From an uncultured Ilumatobacteraceae bacterium (lineage in GTDB: Bacteria; Actinomycetota; Acidimicrobiia; Acidimicrobiales; Ilumatobacteraceae), in NCBI GenBank assembly GCA_965659595.1, contig CBFHWN010000001.1, positions 9,139 to 73,138 of the forward strand: 64,000 nt of DNA, written 5' to 3'. Below are positions 9,786 to 19,522 of the stretch, piece by piece. Positions within the stretch are counted from its first letter, which is position 1. Every line of letters starts with the position of its first letter. The translations under genes were made by a program, and so were the position numbers. The notes beneath the pieces were generated by a model. It did no database searches. It was given only the letters and a program-made list of their open reading frames with translations, and was not told the DNA's origin.

Positions 9786-10652
9786 TCAGCCGAAGTCGCG
9801 CAGGTCGTCGAAGATCTGTACGCGTCGACGCGCCGTTCGGGCCTCGTCGAGATAGCGCAGATCGGTCGAACGTTCGTCGTGCAGGGTCAGCAACGGGCGA
9901 TTCTCGAGCGTGCGCTGGCACCCCGGACACCAGTAGACGAGGCGGCCGTCATCACCTTCGTCGCAACCGATGGTGCCGTGGCAACGACGGCAGATCTGAC
10001 CGAGTCGTCCGTACACCTCGAGTCGTTCAGGCGCGTTCGACGAGAAACGACGGGCCAGATCGAGCAGATCGCGCCAGTCTTCGTCGTCGAGTTCGGAGCA
10101 CTCGGTGAAAGGATCGAGCGACATGGCCCACAGTGCTTCCGATCGCACCACGTTGCCGAGTCCGGTGACCACGTGCTGATCGCCGAGGACGTCGACCACG
10201 CGCGACTGGCTCGGCACTTCACCCGCGATGCGGTCGATCACGACGTCGAGATCGGCGCGCACCACGCGCAGATCAGGTCCGGCGCCACCGCGTAACGGAT
10301 GGCGACCGAGATCCGGGGTGCGGTACGTCTCGACATTCGCAGCGCCGAAACACACGGCGACTCGTCCGCCAGCCTCCACGACCACCCGGGCCGTCGCCAT
10401 GGGCTTCGTCCAGCGTTCCTCGTCGCGATACAAGTGCCATTCGCCACCCCACCGAAGGGACGAATCGAGGACGATGCCGTCGTCGAATTCGACGACGAGA
10501 CGCCGACGCTGGAATTCGACCGACTCGATCACGCTCGTCTCGGCCGGATGCGGGCCGATCGACAACGGTGCGTCGAAGCGAACGAGTGGTCGTCCGCACA
10601 TGGCAGTCCGCATGGCCGACCCCACGCGCTCGATGCCCCTCGCTGCGAACAC
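9786..10652 (-). CDS. Fpg/Nei-family (H2TH + zinc finger) protein with a degenerate N-terminus
   Basis: H2TH region DQHVVTGLGNVVRSEALW and C-terminal zinc finger CRRCHG...WCPGCQ. The N-terminus reads (V/M)FAARGIER... instead of MPEG/MPELPE. Confidence 0.75.
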   Translation of the reverse strand: MFAARGIERVGSAMRTAMCGRPLVRFDAPLSIGPHPAETSVIESVEFQRRRLVVEFDDGIVLDSSLRWGGEWHLYRDEERWTKPMATARVVVEAGGRVAVCFGAANVETYRTPDLGRHPLRGGAGPDLRVVRADLDVVIDRIAGEVPSQSRVVDVLGDQHVVTGLGNVVRSEALWAMSLDPFTECSELDDEDWRDLLDLARRFSSNAPERLEVYGRLGQICRRCHGTIGCDEGDDGRLVYWCPGCQRTLENRPLLTLHDERSTDLRYLDEARTARRRVQIFDDLRDFG

Positions 10653-10714
10653 GAGAACAAGAATAAAGAAGTTGACGCGATCCGTGGTGGACGCTCGGTC
10701 ACTACCCTTGCCGT

Positions 10715-11047
10715 ATGAGCGAAGGTCGCGACGAGGACGACAACCTCGAACCAGTGGAGCCTCTGTCCGCGGTGAGTGACGACGCTCAGATGATGGCCAC
10801 CGCCCGTCGGCGTTACGGCGCGGTGGGTGCCATGGTGGCCGGCGGCATGCTCGGCCTCGACCGCCTTCTCGGCCGCAAGCCGAAGGAGGAGTCGCCGGTC
10901 GTCTGGGAAACCTCGGGCGAACCCGAGGACATCGACCGGGGTATGACCATCGACATCGACGACGACACCTCAGTCGTCAGCCATCCCCAACGCGAACGAC
11001 GACGAACCGTGCGCCGTCGACGAAGCTCCGAGACCGACGCCGGATGA
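10715..11047 (+). CDS. Hypothetical acidic/basic small protein (110 aa)
   Basis: ATG ORF with one short hydrophobic segment (YGAVGAMVAGGMLGL) and an Arg-rich tail. No family recognised. Confidence 0.4.
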   Translation: MSEGRDEDDNLEPVEPLSAVSDDAQMMATARRRYGAVGAMVAGGMLGLDRLLGRKPKEESPVVWETSGEPEDIDRGMTIDIDDDTSVVSHPQRERRRTVRRRRSSETDAG

Positions 11048-11051
11048 CCGG

Positions 11052-11588
11052 TTACGGCAACTCGCCCACGTGACCGAGGGCGAGACGTAGCAGTCGATCC
11101 TGGCCACCGGTCATTTCCGAGGCGATGCGCGGGCTGGCCGCTTCGGCCGGAGTGAACCAGGCCAGGTCGAGTGCCTCCTGAGTCGGTGTGCACTCACCGT
11201 CGACCGGGACCACGTAAGCCAGGCTCACCGCATGGTGACGAGGATCGGTGAAACCGCTGATGTCGGGGTCGGGGAAGTACTCGGCAATCGTGAACGGAGC
11301 CGGGTGCGGAGGCACGCGCGGGAAAGCGAGCGGTCCGAGGTCTTTTTCGAGGTGCCGGATCAATGCATCGCGAACGCGCTCACCGTACAGCACACGACCG
11401 CTGACAAGCATGCGGCTGATCGAGCCGTCAGCGGCCACGCGCAGCAGAAGGCCCACCTGGGTCACGCGTCCCTGCGAGTCGACGCGAACAGGCACCGCGT
11501 CGACATACACCATGGGCACGTTCGCCCGTGCCTGGGCGAGTAGTTCGGGGCTGAGCCACGAGGTCCGGGTGTCGACGTGATCGGTCAC
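11052..11588 (-). CDS. NUDIX-fold protein with a degenerate Nudix box (DUF4916-like)
   Basis: GRVLYGERVRDALIRHLEKDLG fits G-x5-E-x7-R but has RHLEK in place of REUxEE. The GTG start sits 6 nt after the tag stop, with GGGAGA upstream. Confidence 0.6.
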   Translation of the reverse strand: MTDHVDTRTSWLSPELLAQARANVPMVYVDAVPVRVDSQGRVTQVGLLLRVAADGSISRMLVSGRVLYGERVRDALIRHLEKDLGPLAFPRVPPHPAPFTIAEYFPDPDISGFTDPRHHAVSLAYVVPVDGECTPTQEALDLAWFTPAEAASPRIASEMTGGQDRLLRLALGHVGELP

Positions 11589-11594
11589 AGTCGC

Positions 11595-12218
11595 TTATTC
11601 TCCCAAATTTCGCCGGCCGATGCCGGCAAATGCGGTGCGCGCCTCGTCGACCCGAGTCCGAATCGGGCAGGTGTCGGCATGATCGTTCACGAGGCCCATC
11701 GACTGCATGAAGGCGTACATCGTGGTGGGCCCGACGAACGACCAGCCCCGTCGCTTCAGATCCTTCGACAAGGCGACGGACTCCGGGCTGGTGGCGAGGA
11801 GACGAATCTCGTCCCAGGTGGGCGCATGACTCCGCGGATCCGGCTCGTACCGCCAGACGAAGTCGGCCAGAGATCCGAACTCGTCGACCAGTTCCGCCAC
11901 TCGGCCAGCGTTGCGAATGGTCGACTCGATCTTCCCCCGGTGCCGCACGATGCGCGCGTCGTCGAGAAGTTGTTGGACGTCACGCTCACCCATGATTGCC
12001 ACCCGAATCGGATCGAAGTCGAAGAAGACTTCGCGAAACGCCGGGCGCTTGTTGAGAATCGTCGACCACGACAGACCGCTCTGGAAGCCTTCGAGGCAGA
12101 TCTTCTCGAACAGGGTCCGGTCGTCCGCCACCGGAAAACCCCACTCGGTGTCGTGATAGCGGGTCATCGTCTCGGAGCCGATGGCCCACGGACAACGAGA
12201 GTCGGGCGTCGACGTCAT
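11595..12218 (-). CDS. tag: DNA-3-methyladenine glycosylase I
   Basis: Characteristic CPWA...YHDTEWGFP...FEKICLEGFQSGLSWSTIL block. It has an ATGA overlap with the upstream dioxygenase gene. Confidence 0.9.
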   Translation of the reverse strand: MTSTPDSRCPWAIGSETMTRYHDTEWGFPVADDRTLFEKICLEGFQSGLSWSTILNKRPAFREVFFDFDPIRVAIMGERDVQQLLDDARIVRHRGKIESTIRNAGRVAELVDEFGSLADFVWRYEPDPRSHAPTWDEIRLLATSPESVALSKDLKRRGWSFVGPTTMYAFMQSMGLVNDHADTCPIRTRVDEARTAFAGIGRRNLGE

Positions 12219-13075
12219 GCGGCGACAGGAACTTCGCCCTCGACGGTCGTGCGAGTGAGTTCACGCCGGAAGCCGGCGTAATCGTTGAGAGCCAGGTGCT
12301 GGGTCGAGCGGTTGTCCCACACCACCACGTCTCCGGACTGCCATCGGTGTCGATACGTGAGGACCGTGTCGGTCGTGTGCGCGTGTAGAAAGTTCAAGGT
12401 CTCGAGGGCTTCGGTGCGTTCCAGATCGTCGAGATCGCGTACATAGGCCCGATTGAAGAACAGAACCGTCTCACCGGTCTCAGGGTGACGACGCACCAAA
12501 GGGTGACGCCGCTCGTCGTTCGCCGAGTCGTCGCATTCGATCGCCATACCGCGCATACCCGAGTGAACCAGCTGCATCCGGCGCGAATACGCGTCGCGCG
12601 CGGTGTGAACGGCCTTCAAGGGTCGAAGCCTGTCCTGAACGGTGGCGTCGAGGGCGCGCCAGGCGGCCGACATCGACGCGAACACGGTGTCGCCACCGTA
12701 GGGAGGGACGTCGACGGCGGCCAGGATCGTGAACGACGGCGGCTTGTCGAGGAACGAGAAGTCGGAATGCCAGGCTCCGCCGAAGTTGAAGGCCGCTCCT
12801 TCGTCGGCCTCCTTCACCACCCGGATGACGTCCGGATGCTCGTCCATCGTGCGGACGAAGGGAGTGTCGGCCGACGGCCCGAGACGTCGCGAGAACTCCG
12901 ACTGCTCGGCCGGCGCGAGGTGCTGGTCGCGGAACACCGTCACCTCATGACGGCACATGGCTTCGCGCACAGCGGCCAATTCGCTCTCGGACAGGCGAGC
13001 GAGTTGCACCCCGAGGATCTCGGCGCCGAACACTCCGGTGACGGGACGGATCTCCACGGCCGAGACGCTAGCCAC
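12215..13075 (-). CDS. TauD/TfdA-family Fe(II)/2-oxoglutarate dioxygenase
   Basis: 286 aa with the HxD iron motif in GGAWHSDFSF and a family-typical C-terminal RxxxR region (RRELTRTTV). Confidence 0.85.
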   Translation of the reverse strand: MASVSAVEIRPVTGVFGAEILGVQLARLSESELAAVREAMCRHEVTVFRDQHLAPAEQSEFSRRLGPSADTPFVRTMDEHPDVIRVVKEADEGAAFNFGGAWHSDFSFLDKPPSFTILAAVDVPPYGGDTVFASMSAAWRALDATVQDRLRPLKAVHTARDAYSRRMQLVHSGMRGMAIECDDSANDERRHPLVRRHPETGETVLFFNRAYVRDLDDLERTEALETLNFLHAHTTDTVLTYRHRWQSGDVVVWDNRSTQHLALNDYAGFRRELTRTTVEGEVPVAA

Positions 13076-13113
13076 TTCGTTTCGGTCACCGCCCGAGAAC
13101 TACGGTGAGGATC

Positions 13114-13593
13114 ATGACCGATCTTGCGATCCCTCGCTTCGGCGAACTCCTCGGCCCGTACATCGCTCGGGTCGCACCCGAGACCATGCCGCGTTTCCTC
13201 GCTCTCCTCGAACGGGTCGCCGCCGACCGCTACCGACGTTGGGCCGACCAGCTGCCCGAGCACCGAGTGGGTCTCCTGCGCTGCGCCGACAGCGAGGACG
13301 AGATCGCCGATCACATCGACGGCGCCTTCGACCTCGACGAATCGCTACGTGAACAACTGGTCGCCCCGCTCCCTCAAGCCGTCCAGACGTATGACAAGTT
13401 GTTCGCCCCTCTTGCCATCTGGGATCAGTTGCGCATCCAGGCCGACGCCGAACGCCAAGGTGCGGCCGCCTGGCGAGGTATCGCGTCGCGGCACCCCGAT
13501 CCGGCCGTGATCGACATCCTCGAGACGTGCTCCCGACTCGAGGAGGCGTCGGCCGATTTCCTCGACGAACTGATCGCCTCCCACGCCCCCTGA
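13114..13593 (+). CDS. Hypothetical helical protein (159 aa)
   Basis: Clean ORF with GGTGAGG just upstream of ATG 13114. The sequence looks all-alpha. No motif recognised. Confidence 0.5.
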   Translation: MTDLAIPRFGELLGPYIARVAPETMPRFLALLERVAADRYRRWADQLPEHRVGLLRCADSEDEIADHIDGAFDLDESLREQLVAPLPQAVQTYDKLFAPLAIWDQLRIQADAERQGAAAWRGIASRHPDPAVIDILETCSRLEEASADFLDELIASHAP

Positions 13594-13615
13594 TCGACCT
13601 GTATCGTCGGCGCTC

Positions 13616-14800
13616 GTGTCCACGAGCCGCCTCATCAGAACTCTTCAGGCGGCGACGTTCGTCCTGGCCGCGTCCTACGGCGTCATGTTCACGATGCTCG
13701 ACGACTACCGCGACGAGTACGGCATCTCCGAGACGTCACTCGGTCTCGTGGTTGGTGTGGGCTTCTTCGCCTCGTTCGCGGCTCAACTGACTCTCGCGCC
13801 ACTCGCCGATCGGGGGCACGCGCGTCGACTGCTCGTGATCGGCTTCTCGTCGCTCGTGACCGGATGTGTCCTCATGGGATTCGGCACCACAGCCCTCATG
13901 ATCACGCTCGGACGCGTCCTCATGGGTATCGGCGCCGGCATGTCGCTTCCAGCCCTTCGCCGCATCATCATCGTCAGCGACCCCGACAACATGGGACTCA
14001 ACATGGGTCGACTCGTGAGCGTCGACGTGGCCGGCTTCGCCAGCGGACCAGTTCTGGCCGTGGCCACGGTCGAGCCGATCGGCATCCCGGCCCCGTTCGT
14101 CGTTCTCGCCGCTGCCACACTCGTCATCGCCACGCTTCTCTTCCGCAGCAACATCCCCGAGACCGCAACCGACGAGCGGTCGACCGAACGTTTCGCCTTC
14201 GATCTCCTCCGCAATCGAGGAGTCGCCGGCGGTGTTCTCATCGGACTCTCACTCTTCCTCATGATCGGCACGTTCGATTCGCTCTGGGCGATCATGATGG
14301 AAGACCTCGAAGCGCCGTCGTGGATGGCCAACATCGGCATCACGTTGTTCGCTCTGCCGATGGTCTTCCTCGGCCCCTACGGCGGGAAGTTGGCCCAACG
14401 CGTGGGCCCGTACCACGTCGGTGCGCTCGGCATGCTCGTCGGCGCGGTGTGCATGTCGTTCTACGGACTCCTCCCCAGTCCGTACCTCATGATGCTCGTC
14501 TTCTTGCTGCACGCGACCAACGACGGCTTCACCGTCACGAGTTCGAGTGTCGCGGTGGCCGAGGCGGCCCCTACCGAGCGTCAGGCCGGAGCCCAAGGAC
14601 TCCTCGGTGGCATGCAGACCCTCTTCGGTGGACTGGCGGCGTCGGCGGCCGGTTGGAGTTACGACAGCTTCGGTCGGGGTCCGACCTTCGTCGCCTCGTC
14701 GGTCGCCATCGTCGTGCTCGTCGGGTCGGGGTACGCCCTGGCCGGCTCCTATCGCACACGACGACCCGACGAGGATCCGGCTCCGGTGCTCTCGGCGTGA
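13616..14800 (+). CDS. MFS transporter
   Basis: 394 aa with about 12 hydrophobic segments and the MFS loop motif LADRGHARR between TM2 and TM3. Confidence 0.85.
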   Translation: MSTSRLIRTLQAATFVLAASYGVMFTMLDDYRDEYGISETSLGLVVGVGFFASFAAQLTLAPLADRGHARRLLVIGFSSLVTGCVLMGFGTTALMITLGRVLMGIGAGMSLPALRRIIIVSDPDNMGLNMGRLVSVDVAGFASGPVLAVATVEPIGIPAPFVVLAAATLVIATLLFRSNIPETATDERSTERFAFDLLRNRGVAGGVLIGLSLFLMIGTFDSLWAIMMEDLEAPSWMANIGITLFALPMVFLGPYGGKLAQRVGPYHVGALGMLVGAVCMSFYGLLPSPYLMMLVFLLHATNDGFTVTSSSVAVAEAAPTERQAGAQGLLGGMQTLFGGLAASAAGWSYDSFGRGPTFVASSVAIVVLVGSGYALAGSYRTRRPDEDPAPVLSA

Positions 14801-14812
14801 CAACATCGGAGC

Positions 14813-15289
14813 GTGGGTTTTCGCGACGGTGACGGCTGGGTCTTCTGCCAGAGATGTCAGGCTCGCCACTGGGGTCTCTACGGGGCCGCCGGATTGCTGA
14901 TGGTACGACGTGACCTCGAAACTCCTCACGTCCTTCTTCAACTTCGCGCCGCCTGGACCCACGGCGGAGGAACCTGGGCGATCCCCGGTGGTGCACTCGA
15001 TTCACACGAGGAGCCAATCGCGGCTGCAGTGCGCGAAGCGTGGGAAGAGGTCGGTATCGACATCGAGGGCATCGACGTGAAGGACGTCTTCCACGACGAC
15101 CATCTCAATTGGGCGTACTACACCGTGGTCGCGCACGTGGGCGCCGACGTGATCGTCTCGGAGGGCAACTACGAATCCGATGCCATCGAGTGGGTGGCGA
15201 TCGACGAGGTCGAGTCGTATCCGCTGCACACCGGATTGCGCAGCACGTGGCCGACCGTGAAGGAGATGGTGGCGGCTACTCTCCGGTGA
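14813..15289 (+). CDS. NUDIX hydrolase
   Basis: Intact Nudix box GGALDSHEEPIAAAVREAWEEVGI. Confidence 0.8.
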   Translation: MGFRDGDGWVFCQRCQARHWGLYGAAGLLMVRRDLETPHVLLQLRAAWTHGGGTWAIPGGALDSHEEPIAAAVREAWEEVGIDIEGIDVKDVFHDDHLNWAYYTVVAHVGADVIVSEGNYESDAIEWVAIDEVESYPLHTGLRSTWPTVKEMVAATLR

Positions 15290-16390
15290 ATGAAGACCAC
15301 CGCAGCAGTCCTCCGCGCGGGCAACGGCCCGTTCACGGTCGAAGAAATCGAACTGGGCGACCCCGGTCCCAACGAAGTCGTCGTGAAGGTCGTGGCCGCC
15401 GGAATGTGCCACACCGACTTGTTGTCGCGTGAACTTCCACCCGAATTCTTCGGTGGACCCCAGGTGTACGGACACGAAGGCGCCGGAGTCGTCGAAGTCG
15501 TCGGTTCGAACGTCACCTCGGTGAAACCCGGCGACAAGGTCGTCCTGTCGTTCAACTCGTGCGGCGCGTGCCCCTCGTGTCTCAAGCGTCGTTTTCCGTA
15601 CTGCTTCGACTTCCAATTGCACAACATGATCGGCGGACGCCCCGACGGCACGTCGGCCTTCACCGACTCCTCGGGTGCTCGCGTGGGCTCGCACTACTTC
15701 GGCCAGTCGTCGTTCGCCGCCCACACCGTGGTGGCCGAACGTTCGGTGGTCAAAGTCGACGACTCGGCACCCATCGAGCGCATGGGCCCACTCGGTTGCG
15801 GCATCCAGACCGGCGCCGGCGCGATTCTCAACACTCTCGCGGTGGAGGCCGGTTCGAGCGTCGTGATCACTGGTGCCGGTGCACTCGGACTGAGTGCTGT
15901 GATGGCTGCCAAGGCAGCCGGTGCCGGCACGATCATCGCCGTCGATCGCCACCAGTCACGACTCGACCTGGCCCAGAAATATGGCGCCACCCACACGTTG
16001 TCGGGTTCACCGGCCGAGATCACCGCCACCATTCGTGAAGCGACGGGCTACGGCAGCGACTACGCCTTCGACACCACCGGCAACGCCGCTCTCGTGCGCG
16101 CCAGTCACGACGCACTGAACGTGACGGGCACCATTGCTCTCGCCGGCGTCGGCTTCGGCGATCTCACGATCGACTTCCTGTCGATGATCAGTGGTCGCAC
16201 CATCACGGGCGTGATGGAAGGCGACTCGATCCCCCAGGAATTCATCCCCCGTCTGGCCGCGCTCAACGCCGAGGGCAAGTTTCCGTATCACGAACTCATC
16301 ACCGAGTTCCCGCTCGATCGGATCAACGAGGCCGAAGCCGCCAGTGCGAACGGGTCAGTCATCAAACCCGTTCTCCTGATGCCCCACTGA
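15290..16390 (+). CDS. Zinc-type NAD(P)-dependent alcohol dehydrogenase (aryl-alcohol dehydrogenase-like)
   Basis: GMCHTDL, GHEGAGVV and the structural-zinc Cys cluster CGACPSCLKRRFPYC, plus the Rossmann motif GAGALGLSAV. The ATG immediately follows the NUDIX TGA. Confidence 0.9.
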   Translation: MKTTAAVLRAGNGPFTVEEIELGDPGPNEVVVKVVAAGMCHTDLLSRELPPEFFGGPQVYGHEGAGVVEVVGSNVTSVKPGDKVVLSFNSCGACPSCLKRRFPYCFDFQLHNMIGGRPDGTSAFTDSSGARVGSHYFGQSSFAAHTVVAERSVVKVDDSAPIERMGPLGCGIQTGAGAILNTLAVEAGSSVVITGAGALGLSAVMAAKAAGAGTIIAVDRHQSRLDLAQKYGATHTLSGSPAEITATIREATGYGSDYAFDTTGNAALVRASHDALNVTGTIALAGVGFGDLTIDFLSMISGRTITGVMEGDSIPQEFIPRLAALNAEGKFPYHELITEFPLDRINEAEAASANGSVIKPVLLMPH

Positions 16391-16473
16391 TCACTGGGAA
16401 CTGGTGTTCTGGTGAGGAAATTTCACCGTATGGGTCAAGATCCCGCGCCAGATCACCGGGTTACGGTGGGGAC

Positions 16474-17364
16474 ATGTCCGAGATCCCCCGATTCGACCGA
16501 TCGTCGTCGGCCACCGAGATCGTCGAGGCCTTCCGCACCGCTGGCTGTGCCGTGATCGAACGGCTGGTCGACCCCGAAGTGGTCGATCGGGTTCGCGGCG
16601 AGATGGATCCGCACATCGCCGCCACGCCCACCGGCGGCGACGACTTCTCGGGTCGCAACACCACCCGAACCGGCGCCTTGCTCGCCCGTTCCCGGTCGAG
16701 TGTCGACATGGTGGCCAACCCCCTCGTCCTCGAGGTGGCCGAGAGCGTGCTGTCCCCCAATGCCAGCAGTTTCCAATTGCACCTCACCCAGATCATCGCG
16801 ATCGGTCCCGGTTCGACTGAGCAACCACTGCACCGAGACCAGTGGTGCTTCGACTTCTTCCCGTTCCCCGAAGACATGGACGTCGAGGTCTCGACCATCT
16901 GGGCGCTCGACGACTTCACCGAGGAGAACGGTGCCACCCGCATCATTCCCGGTTCGATGCTCGACCCGAAGGAGGCGTGCGCCGATGTTCACCGGGCGGT
17001 TCCGGCGACGATGCCGAAGGGTTCGGTCGTGTTGTACAGCGGTCGCACCATCCACGGAGGCGGCGCCAATCGCTCCGACAAGATTCGTCACGCGCTGAAC
17101 GTCGACTACGTCCTCGGTTGGTTGCGACAAGAGGAGAACCAGTACCTGTCGTGCCCGCCCGACGTGGCGCGCACGTTGCCCGAGCGAGTGCAAAAGCTCG
17201 CCGGCTACGCGCTCGGTGCCTACGCACTCGGCTACGTCGACGACGTCCGCGATCCGCGCGACTTCCTCGCCGGAGTGTCGGGAACGTCGTCGTTCGGCGG
17301 CGACACGATGGGCAACGCGCACTTCGGAGGCGCGTCGTTCAGCTCGCCGAACGATCCACGCTGA
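16474..17364 (+). CDS. Phytanoyl-CoA dioxygenase (PhyH)-family Fe(II)/2OG oxygenase
   Basis: 296 aa with HRDQ (HxD) and a distal HGGGAN. The N-terminus is typical of PhyH-family proteins. Confidence 0.78.
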   Translation: MSEIPRFDRSSSATEIVEAFRTAGCAVIERLVDPEVVDRVRGEMDPHIAATPTGGDDFSGRNTTRTGALLARSRSSVDMVANPLVLEVAESVLSPNASSFQLHLTQIIAIGPGSTEQPLHRDQWCFDFFPFPEDMDVEVSTIWALDDFTEENGATRIIPGSMLDPKEACADVHRAVPATMPKGSVVLYSGRTIHGGGANRSDKIRHALNVDYVLGWLRQEENQYLSCPPDVARTLPERVQKLAGYALGAYALGYVDDVRDPRDFLAGVSGTSSFGGDTMGNAHFGGASFSSPNDPR

Positions 17365-17367
17365 ACA

Positions 17368-18222
17368 TCACGCGATCAGGACGGCTTCGTCACCGACCGA
17401 GAAGGTTCCCGGCTTGACGATGCGCGCGTACGCACCGACGTTCTGATCGAGGTCGCGCACGATGTGGCGCAAGATGGCCCGATCCTCCGGAACGTCGTCG
17501 TTCACGGCCTGAGTGACCATGACACAACGCGGGCACGGTCCGATGAACTCGAACTCGGCAGTACCGATCGTCATTCGACGGCCCGTCCAGCCGAACTCCG
17601 GATGGCCGACTTCATCGCCGGTGTCGATCACGAAGTTCGGCCGGAAACGGCGCACGTCGACCACCGAGTCAGGAACCGCATCGGTCAACGAACGCAGAGC
17701 CGACGTGGTCATGATCATGAGCGGCCAGCAGTCGTAGTACGTGCCGGGCGGCGATTCGAACTCCATGATCACCGGCGGAAACTGACCAAGATCGGGCAGC
17801 GGTTCGTCGTCGTCACGTCCGAAGATCGATCGCAACTCCGCCATCACGTCGTCGGAATCGGGACGGCCGCGACGGTAGTGATCGAGATCACCGGCCGGAC
17901 GCAGATGCTGTAGTGCCACCTGCCGTCCGAGTTCGTCGCTCAGCACTGCATCGAGATCGAGATCGTCGGTCGTGAATCGGCGTCCGTCGGGAAACTCGAT
18001 CTCGACGACGTCGTCGACTCCACGAGCATCGGGATCGACACGACGGGCGGCCAGGCGCATGAGCCCACCGATCTTCTTCGCACCGCGAATTCCACCACTG
18101 TCGAGATCGCGAACGGCCCAGATGCGATCGCCCACCAGGCCGAGTTCGTCGAGTACGGCCGAGTCGACCGTCCCGCCGATCATCGACTTGACCGGGTGAA
18201 TCCAGATCTGTGAGACGTGCAC
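17368..18222 (-). CDS. MOSC domain-containing protein (N-terminal beta-barrel + MOSC)
   Basis: The N-terminal IWIHPVKSM and the conserved Cys context GPCPRCVMV. Confidence 0.85.
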   Translation of the reverse strand: MHVSQIWIHPVKSMIGGTVDSAVLDELGLVGDRIWAVRDLDSGGIRGAKKIGGLMRLAARRVDPDARGVDDVVEIEFPDGRRFTTDDLDLDAVLSDELGRQVALQHLRPAGDLDHYRRGRPDSDDVMAELRSIFGRDDDEPLPDLGQFPPVIMEFESPPGTYYDCWPLMIMTTSALRSLTDAVPDSVVDVRRFRPNFVIDTGDEVGHPEFGWTGRRMTIGTAEFEFIGPCPRCVMVTQAVNDDVPEDRAILRHIVRDLDQNVGAYARIVKPGTFSVGDEAVLIA

Positions 18223-18235
18223 GACGACAGCTCGG

Positions 18236-19453
18236 TCAGCGCTGCGTGCCGACCTTCAGGTCCTTGAAGGGCATGTCCTTGTCGACCATCGGTTCACGGG
18301 GCAAGCCGAGGACTCGGTCACCGATGATGTTCTTCTGGATCTCGTCGGTCCCGCCGGCGATACCGGACTGGAAGCTGTTGAGGAGTCGCTTCGACCATGC
18401 TTCTCCGCGGCTCGACGTACCTTCCCAGGCATCGGTCTCGGGACCGACGAGTCGACTGATGAGCGGGCGCATCATCCAGGCGATGCGCGAACCGTGCAAC
18501 TTACCGAGCGAGCCGCCGGGTCCCGGCACACGTCCGGCCTTCATCTCGGCGCGGGTGCGCATGGCAACCAACGACTTGGTGGTCTCTTCGCTGTAGAGCT
18601 TCATGAGGTCCTGGCGAACGACCGGATCGGAGATCTTGCCGTTCTTCTTGGCCACTTCGATCAGGCCGTCGGCGAGCGTGTGGGTAACACCGCTCGTGGA
18701 TCCGGTACCGATGGCCACGCGCTCGAACATGAGCATGGCCGTCGCCTGGTTCCAACCGTTGTTGAGCTCGCCGAGTAACCACGACTTCGGGATGCGCACG
18801 TCGGTGAGGAAGATCTCGTTGAAGTGCTTGCCGCCGTCGATCTGGTGAATCGGACGAATTTCGACACCCGGGGCCTTCATGTCGATGATGAACATCGAGA
18901 TTCCGGCGTGCTTGGGGGCTTCTGGATTGGTGCGAGCGATGATCACGCCGTACTCGCACACGTGCGCGAGAGTCGTCCACACTTTCTGGCCGTTGAGGAC
19001 CCACTCGTCGCCGTCGAGCTCGGCCTTGGTTTGCAGACTCGCTACATCAGATCCGGCACCTGGTTCGGAGAACATCTGACACCACATCGTGCGACCGGCG
19101 ATGTTGTCGGGCATGAACTGCTTCTTCTGCTCCTCGGTACCGAACTGGTTGAGAACCGGAAGGCACATACCATGGCTGATGACCAACTCGTAGGTCATGT
19201 CGGGACACGTGCCGTATTCCTCGCGGTAGATGCGCTCGTGTCCCTTGGTGAGTCCGGCGCCGCCGTACTCAGTCGCATAGGTGAGACCGGCCAACCCGGC
19301 CGCCGCGAGCTTCTGCTGAAAGGCACGTCCGGTCTCGATCGAGTTGACGCCCCGTTCGCTGCCCGTCGCGTTCTGGGCGAGAAATTCGCGAACTTTGGCG
19401 CGGAAGGCCTCGGTATCGGCCGGTGACAACGTCTCTTCAGTAGCAGCACTCAT
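18236..19453 (-). CDS. Acyl-CoA dehydrogenase
   Basis: 405 aa with the typical ACAD N, middle and C-terminal layout. The C-terminal IAGGTDEIQKNIIG lacks the YEG catalytic Glu position. Confidence 0.9.
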   Translation of the reverse strand: MSAATEETLSPADTEAFRAKVREFLAQNATGSERGVNSIETGRAFQQKLAAAGLAGLTYATEYGGAGLTKGHERIYREEYGTCPDMTYELVISHGMCLPVLNQFGTEEQKKQFMPDNIAGRTMWCQMFSEPGAGSDVASLQTKAELDGDEWVLNGQKVWTTLAHVCEYGVIIARTNPEAPKHAGISMFIIDMKAPGVEIRPIHQIDGGKHFNEIFLTDVRIPKSWLLGELNNGWNQATAMLMFERVAIGTGSTSGVTHTLADGLIEVAKKNGKISDPVVRQDLMKLYSEETTKSLVAMRTRAEMKAGRVPGPGGSLGKLHGSRIAWMMRPLISRLVGPETDAWEGTSSRGEAWSKRLLNSFQSGIAGGTDEIQKNIIGDRVLGLPREPMVDKDMPFKDLKVGTQR

Positions 19454-19522
19454 GGCCGAATTCTGCCACTGGCCACCCCTCGACAGCCCTATCGGAGGTC
19501 GTGACGGGGATCTCGCCCGAGG

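Noticed and set aside
10590-10601. An internal MCGR peptide resembling the SRAP/YedK N-terminus
   Set aside because: The surrounding sequence aligns with the Fpg/Nei N-terminal domain (helix A followed by a beta-sandwich), not the SRAP fold. The resemblance is coincidental.
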